Part shown: positions 29,049 through 34,456 of the stretch, piece by piece
How the letters are laid out: each line of letters begins with the position of its first letter
Numbering within the stretch: position 1 is the first letter of the stretch
IMG/VR virus record: IMGVR_UViG_2609460219_000012
DNA length: 34,456 bases
Source: a virus
Lineage: Duplodnaviria > Heunggongvirae > Uroviricota > Caudoviricetes
Reading direction: 5' to 3' (one strand)
The notes under the pieces: generated by a model
What the model was told of the DNA's origin: nothing
Databases searched by the model: none
Seen by the model: only the letters and a program-made list of their open reading frames with translations
Made by a program: the position numbers and the translations under genes

Positions 29049-29581
29049 CACCCTATCAGACGGCCTTTCTGCAATTACTGCCGTCAGGGCTTGCCTGGAA
29101 TAAAAGCCCCGACAGCAAATTATCTGCGCTGGCGCAGGCCATCAGCGACGTGATTGCCACTGCGGCGGATGATGCGCGGCAAATGCTGCGGGAGCGTTTC
29201 CCTTCCACATCCCGCTGGTATCTGTGGGAGTGGGAATCATTTCTGGGGTTGCCGGACTGTACCAGCGAAAACGGCACCCTGTCCGAACGCCAGCGGGCTG
29301 CCGCGAATAAAATGCGTATGACCGGCAATCTGAGTCGGCGCTTTTATGAATGGCTGGCTGCGCAGTACGGTTTTACCGTCAGGCTGACGGATTCCACAGA
29401 AGGCCAGTGGGTTACGCAGGTCAATATTTACGGTATTAAAAATTATCGCAACGCAACGGTGCTGGATAATGTTCTGACGCCGTTACGTGTTTATGAATCG
29501 GGTGCGCTGGAATGTTTACTGGAGAAATATAAACCCGCGCATCAGATTTATAAATTTGTTTACCATGACGGAGATAACTAA
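29039..29581 (+). CDS. R: Baseplate/tail-fibre attachment protein R, 180 aa
   Basis: Synteny and size. Confidence 0.5.
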   Translation: MAVTPYQTAFLQLLPSGLAWNKSPDSKLSALAQAISDVIATAADDARQMLRERFPSTSRWYLWEWESFLGLPDCTSENGTLSERQRAAANKMRMTGNLSRRFYEWLAAQYGFTVRLTDSTEGQWVTQVNIYGIKNYRNATVLDNVLTPLRVYESGALECLLEKYKPAHQIYKFVYHDGDN

Positions 29582-30768
29582 TGTTTTATATTGATAACGA
29601 CAGCGGCGTAACCGTCATGCCGCCCGTATCCGCCCAGCGTAGTGCTATCGTTCGCTGGTTTTCAGAAGGTGACGGGAATAATGTTATCACATGGCCCGGC
29701 ATGGACTGGTTTAATATTGTGCAGGCGGAGTTATTAAACACGCTGGAAGAAGCCGGTATTCAACCGGATAAAACAAAATTAAACCAGCTTGCACTGTCCA
29801 TTAAAGCCATCATGAACAAGAACGCGCTGCTGATAAAAAATAACCTCAGCGAAATTAAAACTGCCGGGGCATCAGCACAGCGTACAGCACGTGAAAATCT
29901 GGATATCTATGATGCCAGCCTGAACAAAAAAGGACTCGTTCAGCTAACCAGTGCCACTGACAGCCCCAGTGAAACGCTGGCAGCCACCGCAAAAGCGGTG
30001 AAAATTGCGATGGATAATGCCAATGCCCGTCTGGCAAAAGACCGGAACGGAGCAGATATTCCCAATAAGCCGCTGTTTATCCAAAACCTCGGTTTACAGG
30101 AAACTGTAAAATTAGCTTCGGAAGCGTTATCAACATATGGCGGGGTGGTTAACGGTGATGTGATTATCAAGGGCATTCTCTCGTTAATTGGGAATGAATT
30201 ACTTATTGAAAAAGATAATGGCTTTTCTGGTATTCACATCAGAAACAAGAGCACGGTTGCAGGGAGTGCAAATGGAGTCGACTTTTCATTTGGCGGTGCG
30301 ATTATGTCGTCGCTCATTTGCGGAATAATGGAAAATGGCGCGAACTACATAGACGTTGCATTGTCTCCGGCAGGCAATATTTCTGACCGCCGTCTGCTTG
30401 CATTTACTTTGGATGGAAATATCAGGCAGTTAATTCCCCGGAATGGATGGAGCATTCAGGGATATACAAAAAACAGTGATTTTACCCAGGCGATGGCTGA
30501 TGCTGGTTGGGTCCGTTTTCCAAATGGCATCATTTTTCAATGGTGTTGGGGGAATACTGATGCCAGTGGCTGGGCATCTGCCCCGTTTCCTGTTGGCTGG
30601 CCTGTTCGTTGCTTTGGTTTGTTAGCCTGTAACGTTGCTGGTGACTCGATAGCAAGTGCAATTGCGGGTGTTAAAAGATTAAATGATCGCGATATGCAGG
30701 TCACGTTAATGGAAAGGTCTGGGGTTGCTGTTTCTAAACCATTCTTCTGTATTGGTGTGGGGTGTTAA
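29581..30768 (+). CDS. S: Tail fibre protein S: constant part (29581-~30087) fused to the variable part carried by the invertible segment in its present orientation
   Basis: 395-aa ORF that crosses the left gix repeat; shares the IQNLGLQETV junction peptide with the opposite-strand variable segment. Confidence 0.75.
   Translation: MFYIDNDSGVTVMPPVSAQRSAIVRWFSEGDGNNVITWPGMDWFNIVQAELLNTLEEAGIQPDKTKLNQLALSIKAIMNKNALLIKNNLSEIKTAGASAQRTARENLDIYDASLNKKGLVQLTSATDSPSETLAATAKAVKIAMDNANARLAKDRNGADIPNKPLFIQNLGLQETVKLASEALSTYGGVVNGDVIIKGILSLIGNELLIEKDNGFSGIHIRNKSTVAGSANGVDFSFGGAIMSSLICGIMENGANYIDVALSPAGNISDRRLLAFTLDGNIRQLIPRNGWSIQGYTKNSDFTQAMADAGWVRFPNGIIFQWCWGNTDASGWASAPFPVGWPVRCFGLLACNVAGDSIASAIAGVKRLNDRDMQVTLMERSGVAVSKPFFCIGVGC
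30077..30104 (+). repeat. gixL, left recombination site of G inversion (28-bp perfect inverted repeat with 32854-32881)
   Basis: ttatccaaaacctcggtttacaggaaac read directly; exact reverse complement found at 32854-32881. Confidence 0.85.
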
Positions 30769-30770
30769 TC

Positions 30771-31247
30771 ATGTCCAGTAAAATATTCTATAGTGCCAGG
30801 AATAATACGTTTTTCTTTGAATCCATGAAACCGGACTATGAAAAATCAGGCGCATGGCCTGACGATTTGGTGGCAGTCACAAACGATATGTATGAAGAGT
30901 TTACGGGAAGACCGCCAGAGGGAAAAAAGAGAGGCCGTGATGAATCTGGTTTCCCTACATGGATTGATGTATCAGAACCAACAACAGAGCAGTTAATCGC
31001 ATTAAAAGAGCAGAAGAAAAAGGATTTAGCTGAGATTGCGAACACAGAAATTGCCTGGCGGCAGGATGCTGTTGACGCAGGGATGGCGACAGAAGCAGAA
31101 ATCACAGTGCTGGCTGAATGGAAAAAATATCGTGTGCTGCTTATGCGTATTGATACATCAACCGCGACGGATATTGAGTGGCCCGCTGTTCCAGACGAAC
31201 AAAGCGGCAAAGAGAGCAGCGCAGAGGATGTGAAAACGACGCTATAA
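30771..31247 (+). CDS. U: Tail fibre assembly chaperone U (present orientation), 158 aa from ATG 30771
   Basis: Follows S; ORF track frame starts at GTG 30762. Confidence 0.65.
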   Translation: MSSKIFYSARNNTFFFESMKPDYEKSGAWPDDLVAVTNDMYEEFTGRPPEGKKRGRDESGFPTWIDVSEPTTEQLIALKEQKKKDLAEIANTEIAWRQDAVDAGMATEAEITVLAEWKKYRVLLMRIDTSTATDIEWPAVPDEQSGKESSAEDVKTTL

Positions 31248-31373
31248 TACCAGCACAATTATTATCATTTTGGTTATTTTGTATTTCCTTGCTTTCCGCA
31301 GTCATGTGGATATGGAAAAGCCTGGATGGCCACAAAAGCCTGAGTAAAATTAAGGCCCGATAACGGGCCTTTC

Positions 31374-31907
31374 TCATTCTGGTTGTTCGGGGAATGTTAC
31401 CGGCAGGCTGGAGGTGTCTGTGGATTCGACTTTCTGCGCAAAGAGCATCCACTCTGTTAATTTTTGTTTATTCTCGTCGGAAATGATGCCCAGCCGTAGC
31501 TGTGAGTCCCATAGCTGGGTTTTATCCCTGACAAGTTGCAACAGGCTTTGCTTTTCATTCTCTGCCTGCTGCCTCTGTTCCTCCTCGGTATAAGTTCGCT
31601 TTATCACTACGCCATCTTTGAACATCCATTTACCCGAAATATCAGCCCGGCGATTTGCTGTAATATCAGGAACCTCAACGACGCTTGCGCCTTCTGGATT
31701 AATTGCTGAAACATCCTTTTCAATACAAATAATAACGCCGTTGTGGTCATAGACCATTTTCAACGTATCTGGCTGGAAATTCTTTTGTTCCTCATACCAG
31801 TTTTTTCCATCCTCTGTATAAAGCCATTTGATGTTAAATTGTTTCGTTAGCTGGTATTGCTCTTTTGTTTTAGGGTTGCCAGCTGTAATATTTTTTAAGT
31901 GCATCAT
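31374..31907 (-). CDS. Alternative tail fibre assembly chaperone U', 177 aa
   Basis: Minus-strand ORF inside the G segment, downstream of the alternative fibre tip. Confidence 0.65.
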   Translation of the reverse strand: MMHLKNITAGNPKTKEQYQLTKQFNIKWLYTEDGKNWYEEQKNFQPDTLKMVYDHNGVIICIEKDVSAINPEGASVVEVPDITANRRADISGKWMFKDGVVIKRTYTEEEQRQQAENEKQSLLQLVRDKTQLWDSQLRLGIISDENKQKLTEWMLFAQKVESTDTSSLPVTFPEQPE

Positions 31908-31909
31908 AA

Positions 31910-32853
31910 TTAAATACTCCCCGCGTTATACCACGTCCCATTAATGCAATACTGAATTGGCCTTGCCTGAGTTGTATCAATTAATTCATCACGGTTTCCG
32001 TTAACTGAACCCGTAACGACATAACCTGACCTGTCAGACCAGCCGGGACCATTCCATGTCTGAACAGATGACAGACCGCCAAGGCGAATACCTGTAATAA
32101 ACCTTGAGTTACATTCTGCCTGCGTATATGCACCAACATCTCCCGCAGAGGGTTTGCGGGTTGTGGTGTAAAACTCTGACCAGTCAGCTTCAAAGCCATA
32201 ACCATCACGCGCTGAACGATAATAGATACCGCCATTTCTGTAATTCACGCGGAACTGTACAGCAGGGCAGCTCCCCGTATTCATATTGAAGTGGAGGATT
32301 AATGTCGATGCGCCACTGATAGCTGCATCATAAACGCCGCTATTCCAGTTCCAGCCAACAGCTTTGTCGTTTGCAACCCTGCTTCCTGTTTGCCCTAAAG
32401 CAAATGCAGGCTGCTGATTTTTCGTGTTGTAGTCACGCCGCCAGCCTGGCGCATAAGCATCACCATGATTAATATAAGTGAATTGAGCGTTAGTGATTCC
32501 GCCGCCGCTGGACGTGCTCGGCGTGGTAACGCGTATGGTCATTGCGCCGCGAGTGCCAATAACTTCCACCACAGCACCTGCAAGACAAATATTTCCGCAA
32601 CCTGTATCTGTAATGACCTTATTGTTTGCATAAGCCCATGAGCCTTTGCACATCCAGTAAGGATGGTTAAATGCCCCCTGACTCTCCAGCCACGAAATAA
32701 ATTGTGCGGTTGTCCAGACCTGACTATCGCCACCAATATTCAGCCATGCGCTATATGCGCGACAGGCCCCAATATTTTTGGTGAAGGTATCTTTTCCTGG
32801 AATATCTGCACCGTTCTGGTTTTTCTGTAATGCGCCAGAAGCCTGATTTACCG
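31910..32853 (-). CDS. Alternative tail fibre variable segment S'v (C-terminal part only; expressed only after inversion fuses it to the S constant part)
   Basis: Minus-strand ORF 31910..33106; only the part inside the gix boundary is meaningful; Gly/Ser/Asn-rich fibre-tip-like sequence. Confidence 0.65.
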
Positions 32854-32881
32854 TTTCCTGTAAACCGAGGTTTTGGATAAT
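32854..32881 (-). repeat. gixR, right recombination site of G inversion
   Basis: Exact reverse complement of 30077-30104. Confidence 0.85.
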
Positions 32882-32934
32882 GGCTGTTTCCGGCCTGCAT
32901 GGCATGATTTGCGCTTTTAAACGGGAGATCCAGA

Positions 32935-33516
32935 GTGCTGATTGGCTATGTAAGGGTATCAACAAATGACCAGAATACAGACCTGCAACGAAACGCTCTT
33001 GTTTGTGCAGGATGTGAACAAATATTTGAAGATAAATTAAGCGGAACAAGGACAGACAGACCTGGATTAAAACGCGCTTTAAAGCGCCTTCAAAAAGGTG
33101 ACACACTGGTTGTCTGGAAACTGGATCGCCTCGGGCGAAGCATGAAACATCTGATTTCTCTCGTCGGGGAACTACGGGAGCGAGGGATTAATTTTCGCAG
33201 TCTGACCGACAGCATAGACACATCTTCTCCAATGGGGCGTTTTTTCTTCCACGTTATGGGTGCCCTGGCTGAAATGGAACGAGAACTAATCATCGAGCGA
33301 ACGATGGCTGGACTTGCTGCCGCCAGAAATAAAGGCCGTATTGGTGGGCGACCACCTAAACTAACCAAAGCGGAATGGGAGCAGGCCGGGCGTTTATTAG
33401 CACAAGGAATCCCCCGCAAGCAGGTTGCATTGATCTACGATGTGGCCCTGTCAACTCTGTATAAAAAACACCCCGCGAAACGAGCGCATATAGAAAACGA
33501 CGATCGAATCAATTAA
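32935..33516 (+). CDS. gin: Gin DNA invertase (serine recombinase), 193 aa, GTG start
   Basis: N-terminal resolvase/invertase catalytic motif YVRVSTNDQ and C-terminal HTH; adjacent to gixR. Confidence 0.9.
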   Translation: MLIGYVRVSTNDQNTDLQRNALVCAGCEQIFEDKLSGTRTDRPGLKRALKRLQKGDTLVVWKLDRLGRSMKHLISLVGELRERGINFRSLTDSIDTSSPMGRFFFHVMGALAEMERELIIERTMAGLAAARNKGRIGGRPPKLTKAEWEQAGRLLAQGIPRKQVALIYDVALSTLYKKHPAKRAHIENDDRIN

Positions 33517-33610
33517 ATCGATCGGTAATACAGATCGATTATGNCCCAATAACCACACTCAACCCATGATGTTTTTTAAGATAGTGGCGAATTGATGCAA
33601 AGGAGGTGAG
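33498..33610 (+). promoter_or_regulatory. mom operon control region: three GATC Dam sites (33502, 33520, 33533) followed by T6 run (33572-33577) and weak -10
   Basis: GATC sites and T run read directly; matches the known Dam/OxyR- and C-regulated mom promoter architecture. Confidence 0.6.
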
Positions 33611-33799
33611 ATGAAATCAATTCGCTGTAAAAACTGCAACAAACTGTTATTTAAGGCGGATTCCTTTGATCACATTGAAATCAGGTGTCCGCGTTGCAAA
33701 CGTCACATCATAATGCTGAATGCCTGCGAGCATCCCACGGAGAAACATTGTGGGAAAAGAGAAAAAATCACGCATTCTGACGAAACCGTGCGTTATTGA
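33611..33799 (+). CDS. com: Com, zinc-finger translational activator of mom, 62 aa
   Basis: CxxC...CxxC zinc finger (CKNC, CPRC); strong RBS aaggaggtgag; directly upstream of mom. Confidence 0.75.
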   Translation: MKSIRCKNCNKLLFKADSFDHIEIRCPRCKRHIIMLNACEHPTEKHCGKREKITHSDETVRY

Positions 33800-33907
33800 G
33801 TATGAGGCCAGATTGTTGGCTATGGTTCAAAGGAGCTGCGCGTTGAAACCATATCCTGCTGGCTGGCCCGCACAATTATTCAGACAAAGCACTATTCCCG
33901 CCGTTTT

Positions 33908-34456
33908 GTGAATAACTCTTACCTCCACCTGGGAGTATTCAGCGGACGCGATCTGGTTGGCGTTCTCCAGTGGGGATATGNCCTTAACCCCAACTCAGGT
34001 CGTCGTGTCGTGCTTGAAACGGATAACCGGGGCTATATGGAGTTGAATCGCATGTGGCTACACGACGACATGCCCCGCAACTCTGAATCACGGGCCATCA
34101 GCTACGCGCTGAAAGTTATCAGATTACTGTATCCGTCAGTGGAGTGGGTTCAGTCCTTTGCTGACGAACGCTGCGGACGCGCAGGCGTTGTGTATCAGGC
34201 GTCGAATTTTGATTTTATTGGCAGNCATGAAAGCACGTTCTACGAGCTGGATGGTGAGTGGTATCACGAGATAACGATGAACGCAATTAAGCGCGGTGGA
34301 CAACGAGGCGTGTATTTACGGGCCAATAAAGAGCGTGCCGTGGTGCACAAATTTAATCAGTATCGCTACATCAGGTTCCTGAACAAGCGAGCAAGGAAGC
34401 GACTAAATACTAATCTATTCAGGATTCAGCCATACCCAAAAAGCAGTTCTGATTAG
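33908..34456 (+). CDS. mom: Mom DNA modification protein (adenine modification, anti-restriction); 5' boundary uncertain
   Basis: Last ORF, ends with TAG at window end; frame is open upstream to 33806 without an ATG; ORF track starts it at GTG 33908. Contains two ambiguous bases. Confidence 0.7.

Larger units (their letters stand above)
30077..32881. other. Invertible G segment (~2.8 kb) carrying alternative tail-fibre tip and chaperone genes
   Basis: Bounded by the 28-bp inverted repeats; contains two convergent tail-fibre gene sets; Gin invertase gene directly to the right. Confidence 0.85.
1..34456. mobile_element. Mu-like transposable phage/prophage genome, nearly complete; both ends outside window
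   Basis: Gene order and protein sequences match the phage Mu layout (A-B-early region-mor-C-lys-head-tail-G segment-gin-com-mom). Window begins inside A and ends at the mom stop codon. Confidence 0.85.

Noticed and set aside
32882-33106. N-terminal extension of the minus-strand tail-fibre ORF past the right gix repeat into gin
   Set aside because: Artifact of ORF calling: the variable fibre segment is only expressed after fusion to the S constant part at the gix crossover, so sequence beyond the repeat is not part of it.
1-34456. CRISPR array, tRNA or rRNA genes
   Set aside because: No series of short direct repeats with uniform spacers and no tRNA-like or rRNA-like stretches noticed by eye; Mu-type phages are not expected to carry them. 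Not formally scanned.
1-34456. Frame breaks as evidence of a decayed, domesticated prophage
   Set aside because: Not rejected outright, but the co-occurrence of many ambiguous bases makes sequencing error the simpler explanation; cannot be decided from the sequence alone.

Overview
The window is a nearly complete genome of a bacteriophage Mu-type transposable phage or prophage, all on the + strand except one block. It starts inside the transposase gene A and ends exactly at the stop codon of mom, so the left end (c, ner, start of A) and the right end (attR) are outside the window. Gene order is A, B, a run of small early genes (kil, gam, gemA, mor), C, a lysis cassette, terminase/portal/head genes, sheath/tube/tape-measure/baseplate/tail-fibre genes, the invertible G segment, gin, com and mom. 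All identifications are from reading the ORF translations and from recalled knowledge of phage Mu; no database search was run. The sequence contains scattered ambiguous bases (n) and at least four reading-frame breaks in genes that are intact in Mu (B, G, I, tape measure), which looks like draft-quality sequence rather than biology. The most interesting candidate is a 162-aa ORF on the opposite strand, in a low-GC pocket between the two terminase genes, with its own ribosome-binding site and a plausible promoter; I do not recognise the protein. Other points worth checking are a possible 39-codon membrane peptide upstream of C, the G-I intergenic region (which in Mu holds the strong gyrase site), and the Dam GATC cluster upstream of com/mom. 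I found no tRNA, rRNA or CRISPR array by eye.
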